A stretch of DNA of 64,000 bases from the NCBI GenBank assembly GCA_964188305.1, contig OZ076892.1, one strand, 5' to 3'. Source of the DNA: Podarcis bocagei. Lineage: Eukaryota. Shown piece by piece: positions 1-13,329 of the stretch. Each line of letters begins with the position of its first letter. Position 1 is the stretch's first letter. Made by a program: the position numbers and the translations under genes. The notes below the pieces were generated by a model. The model ran no database searches. It was given only the letters and a program-made list of their open reading frames with translations, and was not told where the DNA came from.

Positions 1-692
1 AAATCCTTGAAGCTTGGGCTTCCCCTTCGAGTATGGAAAGAAGACCAATTTTGGGGTCCATTGCCACTAGTTGTTCTGATTTTTAAAAGAGGGACTGTGA
101 TAAAAAGTGACATGTTCAATTCACTCATCTAATATTGATCAAACAATAGTCAAATATTTTAAGTGGTTTGTTTTTTTTGGGAAGATTAACAAAGAACAGA
201 TCAAATTATGATAATTACTATCTATAGTGGTGGACCAGCTGTTTTTCAGTTGAACTGCCATGTGTGATCTCCTCTTTGAAGAATGCCTGGTAAGCTTTAG
301 AAGAATCCCAAGCTTGCCAGGAAACATACCAGGGAAACCACTGCTATAAACCAACCCATGTAAGATTGCAATGTTATTTCCACCAATTATTACCGCCCTT
401 ACCAAACTGGTGCCCTCCAGTTGTTTCGGTCCCAGCGAGCATGAATGTATGGTGTTGACGCTAATGGGAATTACAATATACTCCAAAACATCTGGAGGGC
501 ACCAGGTTGGCGAGGGCTGAGTTGCCATGTCCTTCCAATGTGTTGCATCAGGGTAGTAGCTACCGGATCCCCCGTTCTCCTGTCAGGATAAGTAGCACCT
601 AGCTGTTGGTGATGTATCTTTGAGAAGATATGAAGCAATACTTTATATTGCCAGACTATATTACCCTAAATAGTTTGGGACTGTTTGAGTTT

Positions 693-945
693 GAGAGCCA
701 GTGTGGTGTAGTGGTTAAGAGCGGTAGTCTCGTAATCTGGGGAACCGGGTTCGCGTCTCCGCTCCTCCACATGCAACTGCTGGGTGACCTTGGGCCAGTC
801 ACACTTCTTTGAAGTCTCTCAGCCTCACTCACCTCGCAGAGTGTTTGTTGTGGGGGAAGAAGGGAAAGGAGAATGTTAGCCATTTTGAGACTCCTTAAAG
901 GGAGTGAAAGGCGGGATATCAAATCCAAAATCTTCTTCTTCTTCT
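693..945 (+). mobile_element. Squam3-type (Ther1/MIR-derived) tRNA SINE with (CTT)n tail
   Basis: tRNA-like head GAGAGCCAGTGTGGTGTAGTGGTTAAGAGC with B-box-like GGTTCGCGTCTCC; CORE-like GGGTGACCTTGGGCCAGTCAC; (CTT)n tail; 17-bp direct repeat TAAATAGTTTGGGACTG at 667-683 and 946-962. Confidence 0.85.
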
Positions 946-3774
946 TAAATAGTTTGGGACTGGCTGTTCCCCTCGGTTTCAACCAGAGGTCTTCCCTGGA
1001 CCTGTTGCTAGAGAGAGAGTCTTTTAGGTTTAAATACAATTGGTCAATCATGACACATTCTCCATGTGAAGTATCTGCCCCACCAGTGAACTGGAAGGGT
1101 TGGAGAGTTGCTGTCAACATTTTGTTATTTACTTCTTTGAACATTTATAGACACCCTTTCATTTTAAAATAGCAAAGTGGTGTGCAGGACAAAATCAATA
1201 CAGTAAAATAATAATGTATTAAAAACACAAATACAGCAGATATCAAGAATTTCTAGCAGAGCTAGTACAACAAACCAGGGATTGGGAATAGCAGGTGGGA
1301 TGCCAACACCACAGCAGCATGCTGTATCTCTATGGCAGTGGTAGGGAACCGCTAGCCCACAGGTGTAAATAGACCTGCTAGGCCTCTTCATTTGGCCCAC
1401 CAGGCTTCTTCAGCAAAGGATGAAAAAGGGGATTGGTCACATGATGCTATTGTGATGTCAGATGATTGACAGGTCGGTGACCCCATGCACCTGTCAAAGT
1501 TGTTTGGGTGGGATGTGTGTGTTGCAGGTAAGGATTTGTCTATGGACTTGAGGAAAGTCATTCCATAACATGGGAACCACTATGAAGAAGACCGAAACAA
1601 AATCCAGAGTGAATTTGGGAGTTGGTCCCCAAAATTTTACACAAAGGCAAAAGAATTTAGGTATCATTTGCCCAACTTTTCAGTGGACATTTGCGTGTCC
1701 TGGAGTAGATTGGTTCTGAAAAGCAAGTAGCTGATTGTTGGGCACACTTTCTTTTAGCAGAAACGAGGCAGGGGGAAGTGGTGGAAGATGTTTGTGTGGT
1801 GGCATCGAATAGACACATGGATAAAACCTATTTGCGAATTGCGCAGTAAGATGAGATTGCCGAAGTGATTGCTGAGTGATGGACATGAATGATTTCCTCC
1901 CTGCGGCCTTGCATTGATGGATGAAGAAGAATTCATGTCACATTGCACATTATATAGCTTCCCCACTTTCCCCCATTATTAAAATCCCAAGAAATAAGGG
2001 GGGGGGGAATGTACCAGAGGGAGAAAGATAGGCCACAGCACATAATCTAGCCATGTGAGAGTTGATTCTTGAAACAGACCTGAAATACAGCTGTCTCCAA
2101 CCAAATAATGTGTACAAAAGTGTATATGTTACAGGAAAGTGTGCATTAAAAAATCTATATTATAGAAAATAGCATGTATTTATAATCTGATGCAGAAATG
2201 AGGCATGGAGAAATGAGAAATGGAAAGAAACTAAAATTTACAGATTTGTCCATCTCTATTTCCATCCTCCGTTGTTCCTCCTAGTGTCCGATTCAAACCC
2301 AAGCAACTTTCTCCAGGTGATTCGTGTTCTGCCCCACTTCTCGCTGTGGCCACTCTGCTGCATGCATGGTCCCTGAGGGCCCGATTTCAGTGTGAAGTTG
2401 GCCATGAGGAACAGTTAAACATTTATTGGGCACCCCATTTGAATGAAGCCAAAGAGAGAGGAGGGGAAGGGAGAGACAAGCATAACAAGGGACATACAGG
2501 AACAAACGGAGTTACCCTCCAACCTCTCTATTTCACTCTCCCCAAAGCCATGCTTCCTCCCTATGTCACTCTTGCTCTCTCCAGCTTGTTCCCCTCATCA
2601 CTCCTGCTCCTTGCTCTTCTTGAGCGCCTTTGTCTGGCTGGAACGTATCCTTGAACTCTGATAATGCCTCCTGCATGCCTGGATGGAGGGTGGGAAGATG
2701 GGTTTGTAGAAACCTCCTGCTTGTGCATGGTTGGAACGTAGCCTACTGTACAAAGGCACAAGTCACATCCATTGCTCCACCCACTTTCCCCTCTGGCTCC
2801 ACCCACCATGGCACGCGGCCCCCAGAAGGTTACCAATGAGGGAATGTGGCCCTTGGGCTGAAAAAGCTGCCCCACCTTAAGTGTAGCCAACTCTAAGCTA
2901 GACCAATGGCTCAGCTCAGTATAAGAACAGCTTGGTATGAAAAAGTTCCTCTCTTCATCAAGTCACAAACCACCTGCTAGTCACCTTTGTCGATTGCCCC
3001 AAAGGTCTCGTGTTACGATATCGGCAGCCCTTAATTCTAGTGCTGTGCATCTTTGCCTCCGCTGCAGCGCATACAAAGGTGTGCGGATATGTATTATTCC
3101 AGAATGTCCTTATTTCACTTGTACAGGTCAAACCTTGAAGCAATTGCACTGTTAAGGATAATGCCGCTTTTCTTTCTCTTTCAGCCATCCCTGGCGCCTG
3201 GCACCTTTCTTCTAATCTGGACATCCCTAGTGCATCTCATTTCCCTCGGGGGCAATTGCAAAGCGGTGTGTCATTACTACCCGCTTACATTTGTTTTCCT
3301 TTCATTTCCTTTTAGTGCCCTCCTGTCAAGTTGTGTTTGACTGAAAATAAAAACCCGGGTTAATGTTATCTTGCATCTCAATGTCACTACTCAAGGTTTT
3401 TTACGACATCAATTAAATCTCCAAGCTCAGCCTTGCTTTTCATTTTGTCTTACTTCTTTCTTTTTTTTTTTTTTTACCCCTAAAGCAAGAGCCATAACTC
3501 AGAGCTTTTAAGTCCCAGTATAATCTTTCCTTTTTCTTTCTCTGTGTAAGAAAATGATTCTTTTCTTTCTTTGTCTTTCTTTTTTTGTACCGTTGGCTGA
3601 GGAGAAGCACCAGAATTGAGTGCCATTAAAAGTGTGATATAAAAAGGAGACTTCGGATAGAAATCAAGAAGGGGTGGAGAAGATGCCCTCTACACAACCC
3701 CCTCCAAGAGGAAAATTTTCAGAGGCCTCACAATGCTGGGGCCAAATCCCAACGTGGGTGGGTGACAACATACA

Positions 3775-3956
3775 CATAAGAACATAAGAAGAGGCTTCCT
3801 GCTGAATCAGGCCAGGGGTTCTTCTAGTGTGACACCAGGGTCTCACAGTGGCCATTCCGATGTTCTTGTGGGAAACCTGCAAGTCAGACCTGAGTGGAGC
3901 ACCAGCACTCTTCCCACCTTCTGATTCCCAGCAACCGATATTTCAACACTGCCTCC
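3775..3956 (-). mobile_element. Old CR1 LINE 3' UTR fragment with (TTCTTATG)n-type tail
   Basis: CATAAGAACATAAGAA tail on the + strand; similar to copies at 24520-24980, 32170-32462 and 59806-60093. Confidence 0.65.
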
Positions 3957-5602
3957 TACAATGGAGGAAGGACCTTGCTTCAACAGAGCTGCCAAGTCAT
4001 AAAGGATGTTAATGGCCAGTTCACTGTATGTGGTGGGGATCAATTCAGTCTGCTTTTTGCAGCAGAGCAGCTCAATCCAACACTAGAGGTTCAGAACACA
4101 ACACCCGGCCATGCTGCACACAATAATACATTTCTTGCATGTTAAATCAATTTTGCACAAAGGTACAATTGAGAATTCCTAATGCGGAGGTGGGCTGACT
4201 TTAGGTTTGCAGACCTACTTTTTCTTTGTTTTATTACGAACCTGAGATCCACCAACTGGAGTCAGGCGCAAAAGAAATACCCCTAGATGATGATGATTAA
4301 AACTGAACCTAGGAATTTGCTTTGAGTACCAAGACTGAAGTGGGCTCACAGTTCTTCCAAACAAAAATCCACTCCTGGTTCAACTGGGCAGCTGGTCCAC
4401 TCCTGGGCGACTGTTTTATTTCTTAAATCCAGCAGAATCATTGCAGGCTGGAGGAGTTATTTTGTTACAAAACAACAGGAAGTCAGAAATCCTTGCTGAT
4501 GTACTGGAAATCATCCAGAGATCTACCATTTGATCTTGTCCTGTCATTTGCCCAGCCCTTGTCCTTATCTCTCTGAAATCCTCAGTTGTCCTTAGAACTC
4601 TGAAATCAAGTCCAGGTCATTCAGAACTCCAACATCCAGGGTGAAATTTTGGTGGAGAGAAAGCTGGAAGTGCCCCAACGTTGTTCAGGTTCTGTGTGCA
4701 AAACCAAAACGGCAGAGATCTTTACCTCTTTTCTCTGGCATATAGCCTTCTACATATTCCTTTGGTAGACAGAGTAAAACCTGAACAGAGCTTTCAAGAG
4801 AATCAACCAGTTGTTCTCCAGGGTCTCAGAGGAAAGTGAAAGGGGATGAAAACCAATGCTCCCTGACCCCGAGCTCATTGATGCAAAGTCGTGGCCTTGC
4901 GATGCTCTTCACTTTGGTTGAGTTTCACCGTCACTTGGCTGTGCGTTGTTCCAATTACGCAGTGGCGGGTGAGAACTAGAGGCTAACGGTGCCTTTCATC
5001 CCCAGCCCGCAGTTATCCGCTTGCAACTCTTTCTGTTCCTACTCCATTATGATACAGTGCATAGCACTTTGTTCCTCCAGTCGTCGAGACCTGCAGATCC
5101 GGGGGCACATTGACACCAGATACTGAGTGAGTATCTCTCGGGAAACTCCAATGAGCCAGAGACAATGGAGAGGGAGGAGAAAGACGCCTTCTTCCTTGAC
5201 ACACGCTGGAAATGTTGACCCCATCAAGAGAATGATCGCATGTGTGTAGAAATGAGATCTTCTCGGGCACCTTGCAAACATGGCTGGGCTGTAACTGAAT
5301 GGAAAATGCCACAGCAAAAAAATAAAATAAAATGAAGAATAAGAAGAATCCCATGATCATAATTTAACAGCCTTCTAGTGCATATATCTGCAAGAAGCAT
5401 AACTCTAAGAATAATCTGTTAAATGATTTAATCACAGTAGGTGGCAAGCAGTATATGATCCAGGAACATTGAATATTTGTTTTCACCATAATTTGCTACC
5501 CTGCCTATCAAACAGGACCAAAGCTGGAGAGGTTGTCTCCTTGTATCTCAGGGTGTTCTATGAGTAGTCCAGCTTTCAGATTGGTGGCAAATGGCTAAGG
5601 AC

Positions 5603-5885
5603 CAGAGGAGGTTGGTCTGTTAGGGTGATTGGGGCACTGATCCACCAGCCCCACTGTCTGCACTCAGTCAAGCCCCACCTGCCTGGCTTTTACTTACACC
5701 CAACACAGAGAGTGCCCCTAGCTGTCAGCTTCTTCCATGGTCTCAGTGTTATCCCTTGTAAAACTGAGCAGGGAGGAGGAGGAGGACAAAATCAGAACTT
5801 ATTGGCTCTGTCATTGGTTCTCTGGCTCCACCTATTGCTTGGTTCCCTGCCTTCCGCCCTACCAGTCTCAATGAGCACTTGCTGC
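5603..5885 (+). mobile_element. ~290-bp interspersed repeat, probable old hAT-like MITE (also 15058-15354 and 30014-30294)
   Basis: Three copies share GGGGCA(C/T)TG..CCAC, CTTAC(A/T), GTCAGCTT, a purine-rich GGGAG block and TTCCCTGCCTTC(C/T)GCCC in the same order; ends resemble degenerate GGAGGCTGG...CCAGCCACC inverted repeats. Confidence 0.6.
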
Positions 5886-5924
5886 TACCGCTGCTACCGC
5901 TGCTACCGCTGCTACCGCTGCTAC
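5881..5924. repeat. (GCTGCTACC)x~5 minisatellite
   Basis: Directly visible 9-bp tandem unit; causes the CYR/LLP/SSG repeats in the ORF track. Confidence 0.95.
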
Positions 5925-6334
5925 GGCTAAGCATTTCCCCAAAGTTCTCCCTTGGGAAGTTCGATGTTGACTATACTGCAGCTAGGGAGACTTCACCAAT
6001 GTTTGCAAACATTCCTCTCCTATCATTTGTTGTCCCTTGTTATTTGATTTCATTTTTTGAAATTCAATGGTGTTTGATTACTGGCAGGTACTGCTATTAA
6101 TGACAGTATTTCAAAGGTGACGTGGAGTGCTGTTTGTCACCTGAATTAAATAGATTGCAGGTTGTAATATTTCACATTGGATGCCTGCTCAAACAATCAA
6201 GAGACGCCAAAAAGAAAAATGAGAAAATCTGGAACATTGTGAATGAATCAGTGCTACTGGAAAAGATACCCACACACCCTACATTAAGCTGATCAGCCAA
6301 TTCTGTCTTGTTTGGTGTTGCTAGATGCATACAC

Positions 6335-6482
6335 ACCATATATTTAAAGCACTTCCCCCTCTTCCCAAAAAAACCCTGGGAACTTTAGTTTACTCTCAAA
6401 GTACTACAATTTCCAGCACCCTTAACAAACTACAGTTCCCAACATATTTTTTGGGGGGAGGGGAGATGTGCTTTAAATGTGT
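6335..6482. mobile_element. Fold-back (palindromic) MITE-like repeat; related copies near 12240-12460 and 58490-58630
   Basis: ATTTAAAGCAC...GTGCTTTAAAT inverted ends; internal GGGAACT(T/G)TAGTTT / AAACTACAGTTCCC inverted pair. Confidence 0.6.
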
Positions 6483-8038
6483 ACATAACCTGTCAGCGGT
6501 CATAGATTTCTTTCCTTGCATTGTGTGCCGTTCCATCCTGCTGGGAACATTTTGCATATCCCCTTCCCATAAAATGCACAATCCATTCACCACCACCACC
6601 ACCAACAAAAAAGGAATATAAGAAGCTGCTTTATACTGAAACTTTCGGTTCACCTAACCCAGTATTGCCTACACTGACTGGCAGGGGTTGTCCAGGGTTT
6701 CGAACAAGGGGCATTCCCAGCCTTACCTGGAGATGCTAGAAATTGACCCAGGACCTTCTGCATACAAAGGCAGATCTTCTCCCACTGAACTATGGTTGCC
6801 CTTTCCCCTTTTGTTCACATTGTTTCTGCAAAATACATCCTTCATGTGAACTTTTTACACATTCCAAAATCATAGAACGGCCTGATTAAGCTGGGAGTTC
6901 TGCTCCTTGAGAACCTTTGGGTTTGTTGGAGCAGATCAATCTGCCGCAAAAAATTAGATCCAATGAACCTTGCCCAAGAAGAGGAGTTTGGCGCCTCCTG
7001 CTTCCGCCTGTGCCAGGAATGGAGGTCTTCCTCGAAACCGCAGGGAGAGACAGACAGAGATAAACAAAGAATGATGGGAGAAACTAATTCTTTGAATTCT
7101 TCTCTGGGTGGGAGAGGAACAGCTGCGGATTGCCCTGTGGTCTGGCACTTACTACTCTATGGAATGCGAGGGTAGGCAAAGGCACTGGGTGCATGGAGCT
7201 CTCCTACTGCCGCATCACCCCATATCCATTCCTGGAAGCAGACAATATCCTGCTAATTGGGCTTTAATCTGAGTAAAGTACAGGCACATACGAGAAGCAA
7301 TGAGACGACAAACTGTGGATCATCTCAGCTACAAGGATTTAAAGCTTGGAATTGAGATAAGGTTTCATTCGGTGCCAGAGATGGTGGGGGGAAGATAGCC
7401 TACAGTTGTTTTTCAAAGTTTTTCTTCTACATTTCTGGTTTAGCAACCCTCCTCGGAATGCAAGGTTAAAATATAATATAAAAAGGGAGGGTGGAAGAAA
7501 CTGGATTAATAACATGAAATTAAACATCAAACTGGAACTGCATGTGTGAGAGGAATGGAATGGAGAGAAAGATTGACTCTTTGAAAAGACTATGTTGGAA
7601 TATAGAAAGACCACCCACACTCTGTTATTTTCAAAGGAATGTGAAGGAGACTGAGGCAATTTGGAATGTACTCTAACCAGAAAGATAACTGACTACATTT
7701 TTTTCATTTTGAAAGGAGGAAAGGAGTCTGCCAGCTGCAAGGTCAGAGGTTTTCTTATTAATCATTGGTAGTTGGAATCAGACCGCTCTTCCTAGGTTGG
7801 GGGGGAAATGGTGAGGGCAGTTTATTTGTTGGAACAGAGGGGTCTCTAACAAGCTCTTGAATTAAGGGATGAAGTGATGCAGAGGCTTTCGGAAAACTGT
7901 GAGACAACCACTTCCCCTGAGTCACAATGGGAAATATCAACAGTTGGAAGAATGAAGGACACAATAGCATATATGGTGGAGACAACTATCTTGAAGGGAA
8001 TGTAATTGAAATTATTAAGATTTTGGAATGCAGAAAAT

Positions 8039-8076
8039 AAAACAAACAAACAAACAAACAAACAAACAAACAAACA
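8039..8076. repeat. (AAAC)n microsatellite
   Basis: Directly visible. Confidence 0.95.
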
Positions 8077-8308
8077 GGAGTGCATCAAAACTAGCATTTT
8101 AACTAAATTGTATAATTTGGTATATAAATAATTGACTTTAATAATTGTATTAATTGGATAAAATTGGCATTGTTATAATGAGGCTGTTATTGGAAGGATA
8201 TTGGAAAATCAATAAAAAATATTTATGGAAAAAGAAGAAGAAGAAGAGGAGGAGGAGTTTGGCAACTGGCCTGTAATTACTTAGATTTTTTTGAATCCAG
8301 AGAGGGTT

Positions 8309-9160
8309 TGTTGAAGGGTGGTTTTGCAACTGTCTCCTTCAAGTAGGCAGGGACACCCCCCCCCCGTAAGGAGGCATCAGTCACCTCCCTGGCCCAACCT
8401 GCTATCCCTTCCCTGCTATTTTTTATCAGCTAAGAGGGGCAAGGGTCCTGAGTGGCCCAAGAACCTTGTCCACATCCTTGAGTCTTACTACCTGAGACTT
8501 ATCCAACATAACAGGACTAGACTGCGCTCGGGACACCTCTCAAGATTCATCTGCTGTAACAGGAGAGCCAAGGTCTGTGGGATGTAAACACAGGAGCAGT
8601 CAATGACAACATTCCTAGAGTGTACATGTTAGAACATGGGGAGGGATGTCTGTCCAGCAAGCAGGTAAACTTCCTGGGGACGGACTTCCTCCGCATGTGA
8701 CCAGAGGTGGGTGTGGCCTCACCTGTGCAGGTAATGACAAAAGCACAGGGCAGGCAGCCATCTCTCTCTCTCTGCCATCACCTTTCGAAGAAGCAGGATG
8801 CCCTCTTGGCTCTCAGCCAAGAGAGGAGAGGGCTATCTTCCTATAAGATAGATTCTAAGTGTATTTTACCTTTTTAAGCCTGTCTGCCATCTGGGATCAT
8901 ATTGTGAACAGATCGTGAGTAAACTCTTTTATACTTTTATAAAGACTGTGTTGTGTCTTGTATTTTAAGAGGGAACAAAAGGGGAAATTACCAGAGTAAT
9001 TATTATAGAGGTTCTAGCGAACCTGTGCACACGTTACCGTTGCGAACTTAAAGGGGAATGTTTGTAAACTCTGCTGATATTTTGGGAACTTTTTAGCACA
9101 AGTTGGATAAGGATATAATTAGTCAATATATCCTCTCCTGCACCCCAGAACATTCCCACA
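8309..9160 (+). mobile_element. Probable solo LTR (~850 bp)
   Basis: TGT...ACA termini with imperfect inverted ends (TGTTGAAGGG vs reverse complement TGTGGGAATG); degenerate TATA-like ACAAAAG near 8737 followed by a CT-rich tract; AGTAAA polyA-type signal near 8918; degenerate 5-bp flanks GGGTT/AGGTC. Confidence 0.5.
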
Positions 9161-12100
9161 AGGTCCTGGCAGATGCAAGCAATTGAATTCTCAAAATGCT
9201 TTGCAAACAGGACACAGCAAGCTACTATTGGTTTTACCACCTCCTTCAGGCCGAGTGTAAGAGGCACAACACTACCCAGAAAATCTCTGCTGGATTGCAC
9301 AATGAAGATGCAATGGAGGCAGCAAAGTATGACTTCTTTGTTGCCTTCACTGCCATTGGGTAGACTCAATGATGAGTCCTCACCAAAGTTTGATTGCATC
9401 GGGTTGGATTTTTCCTTCACTCGGGTTTGAGCCATCTGCCAGCTTGTTTTCTCTCCCTAAGTTCTAGGGTATGCCAGGGAGCCAAATAGGCTCCAGGAAA
9501 TGGGAGAGGGTGCTCAAGGGCAATTGTGTCAATAGCCTGAGCCATCCAGATGTTCCATGCTGGCTGGGGCTGATGGGAGTCCAGCAACATATGAATGGTA
9601 CCAGGTTAGGGAAGGCTGGTCTAAACAAAAAAAGCCCCCAATGCCTTTCCTTGTTGAAATGGGACTCCACCCCTATTCTCATTTGGCTTGGCATTTTCTG
9701 CACCTTTTCTACTTCCCAGACAACCGCAGTGACCCACAAATCCAAAGAGAGCAACAAGGACTAGGAAGAAGAGGGCAGTCGGGCTATATTGAACAGTAAG
9801 TCCTTTGCCTGCAGGCTTCTAGTTAGAAATTATTGTCTGCAAACAGACTTAGCCTGGTTGAAATCAATGGGATTTAGATAAATAGTTGGATGCATTGATT
9901 TCAGCAGGTGCCCACAGTGCAAAACGCAGAGCTTCCACATCTGAAAGATTAGCAGTGTGCATTCATTTTGGAACTAATGAAAAATGGAATCAATTGGGAC
10001 TAGTATTCAGTTTTCAGCCACCCCAAAACAAATGAAATGAGCGAGTACAAATGGGTGCGTGGGTATGTAGTTCTTTGTTCCATTTAGGGATTGGGGTGTT
10101 ACTTTACACTGGTGACTGTGGAGCTTTTTCATCAACTATTTATTTTTTGATATATAGCTTTCAGGCAAGCCTCTTGAAGTACTGAATGTGGGGTTTATTT
10201 GTGATGAGTAGGAGAATGCAGCCACCATGGAAAAGCCCATTTCCTAGGCCTGCCAATCAAATAAAATTGAAAGTGGGCTTGTGAGCAAGCTCTCCAAAGC
10301 TGATCTCAGGTTCCAGGGAGGTTCATATGGGTGCAAATAAACTGCTACAAAATAATTGAAGGCAAGGATGAGGAACTTGCAGTCCTTCAGTTGATGTTGG
10401 ACTACAACTCTCATAATCCTTGACCAACGACCGTACTGGTGGGGACTGAGAGGAGTTAGAGCCCAGTCACATATACAGGTAGGTGGGGGCAGGTTCCTCA
10501 TCCCTGGTTTAGGGCTTCAAGTGCCATTGCTGGGGCGAAGATGAATGTATTTTTCATTGATCATTAACAAAACAAGATGTTACACGGACACACACAAAAA
10601 TCGTCACAATTTTATTTAAAAAGCAAATGTGGTGTTTAGTAATTAAAACGCTTGGGGTAATGAAACCATCACTATAAACTATTTAATGCACAAACGCTGG
10701 AGAGTGAAACCAATTTACTAAATGAACCCTTCATTTCTCTCCCTGCCCCCTGTTTCATTTGACCTTAGTAAATCCACCAAAGAACAAAATGAATCTGCTT
10801 TCCTCACTCACATATTTATTTTTAAAACCTATATTTTGCTCTTCATTAGCAGACCCCAGGGTGGGTTACAACAATAAAATACATAATAACCAAATATTAA
10901 AATCAAATTTAAAAACCACACCTTCTTAGTTACTGAAGGCCCGTGTCCCAGGGACAACATATATCAAAAGACCTGGTGAAAAACAGCCAAGGAAAAGAAA
11001 AGAAGACGTTTGCAGCTGCCATCTAAAACTGAGCACAATTGTCACCAGCTGGATCTCCAGGGGGAGTGCATCTTACAGTTGGCGTGTGATAGCTTAGCAG
11101 GCCTTCGTGAACCCTTTCACCACTTTCTGCTCCTAAAAAAAAAGAGGGCTGAAGATATGTTGCTTCCATCCTCTGCAACACACAGGCTGAAGTTCAACTG
11201 GGATGAAGAAAACATGGACTGGCCCGATTGATTGGCTAAGACAGTGGGACTCTCTACCTCCCAGGCCGCTTGCTCAGGTGGTCTGAATCTGCTACAAGCA
11301 CTTGGCGTATGTTTCATTGACACACTTGGAAGTCCTCTAGGCATCCTGGAAGAAGATGTAGCTGTAGCTTTTTCCGAGGGTTCCTAAATAAATAAAAGCT
11401 TGCACATGTTAATTTGGTTCCAAGAGACGTTCGCGTTGGCCTCCTGCAACAGTGCAGCCTCTTCAAGAACACTGTCTTAGTTCATAAGTGTCTGGGATCA
11501 TAGACTCTGCCCTCTTCATCTCCCTTTTAGAGTTAAAAATTTATGGCTCCACAGATGGGCTACTCTGAGCAAACCTCTAATCTCTTTTGCTTGGGATGGT
11601 TCATTGCATCAAGAAGCTGCTAAAACGGAAAGGCTACATGGGGAGGAAAGCAGCTGTCTCCATCGTCCGGCACTGCTTGGAGTGCGTAATTACATAACAC
11701 CCCCTTGCCTGAAGTTTATGCTTGACTGCAATCTATATAACCTTTTTAAAATTAATCTTGTTTCTCCCTCCCTCCCCATGCCCCCACTTCTCTCTCCGTC
11801 TCCCATGCACACAGGCATGCACATAAATATAGCTGTCGAAATTCTAGGGAGAAAATGCAGTTTTGGAATTTATTGGGATTTGTAGCCTGTCTCATCCCTA
11901 AAGCTCAAAGCAGGCAACACTAATAGGTTAGTTAAATGAAGTAAATGAATTCAATATGAAAATTCTAACACCGTGGCAGCTTAATGCTACCCACCAAACA
12001 ACCCTCCAAGCCAAAAGAAAGGAAAAAAGGAAAGCCTTCCTATTTTGGAAAATGTATGAACCACTTGATCAAAAAGTTATCAAGGCGCTATCCAAATCAA

Positions 12101-13329
12101 ACCAAGGACAAGGCACAGCTATGACAGGCAGGTCGCTTGGTTGCAGTTTCCCACACTATGATGGGAGGCATTGTATTTCTGTTTAAATTCATTCATCCAT
12201 TCATTCATTTCAATGGGTCTACTTTGAGTAGAACTTAGGTCACACCCACACCATACATTTAAAGCAATTTCATACCATATTAGCATTCACGGTGACTCCT
12301 GGGAACTGTAGTTTAAGAGTGTTGGGAATTGTAGCTCTGTGAGATCAGCATCCTTAACCATCGACATTTCCCAGGGGTCTCCAAGACTTTCTTTGTGAGC
12401 CCATGTGCTAACCCCAAGACTTTATTTAAAGGCATAAAAGAGTGCTCTAAGTGTATGGTAGAGCATGGAGTAGGATCCATAGTACTTACTTCTAAGTACT
12501 AAAATACTAAGCATTTTAATATAGATTGGCATCTATATTAAAACACACAATTTTATGAAAAACTGGGTATTCCTTTTTGGTGGTGCATAAATAACCACCT
12601 TAACCCCAACTGTGGAATTCTCCTCCCTGCGAGCTGCATCTGGTCTCTTCAGCTTTTTACTTTCCACCGTCTGCTTCTATTTACTTATTTATTATATTTA
12701 TTATTCACCCCATAACTCAGTCCTATGGGCAATGTGCAGGGAATTTGAAATGAATCTTAAAAGACAAAAATACATAAAGCACCACAATAAAACCTGCAAC
12801 CAGCAGAGAGAATAAGATGGTCCTTTTTAGGCCAACCTTTTTATTAGCTAGTGGCATGACTTTATGCTGACTGTGGGGTTTGGGAGTCATCGGAAGGTTT
12901 TATCAGTCTTGATTTACCATCATTTTAAAATTATTATTTTTTTAAAAAAACTTTCTATTTGTAAATAATGTTTAACCACGGTTCATCTATTTCCCCACTC
13001 CTAAGAAGCAAACATAGCATAGCAAAAAAAAAAAATGTAGTCAGTAACAAAATAATCAGAGCACACACATGAGCCAGTTTCTACAGCACATACAGTAACA
13101 GCAGTGTCGTTCCTGCCCATAAAGTGTGTTAGGAACCAATGATAAATAAAACATGGCCCAGTGGAAACTTTTGATAGTGAAAGTGAACTACAGAGCTCTG
13201 TCAGAGACAAGGCAGGGGTAGACAATTTGCCCCCCTCCAAATGTGGTTGGACTACAACTCCCATCAGCCCTAGCCAGGGTAGCTGATTTTATTTCTTGCA
13301 TTATTTTTATTCTGACAATTTACATACTG

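Noticed and set aside
7339-8230. Possible decayed L1-derived stretch (also 23680-24100 on the minus strand)
   Set aside because: Purine-rich bias and an AATAAA/A-rich end are suggestive, but I found no recognisable protein motif or TSD.
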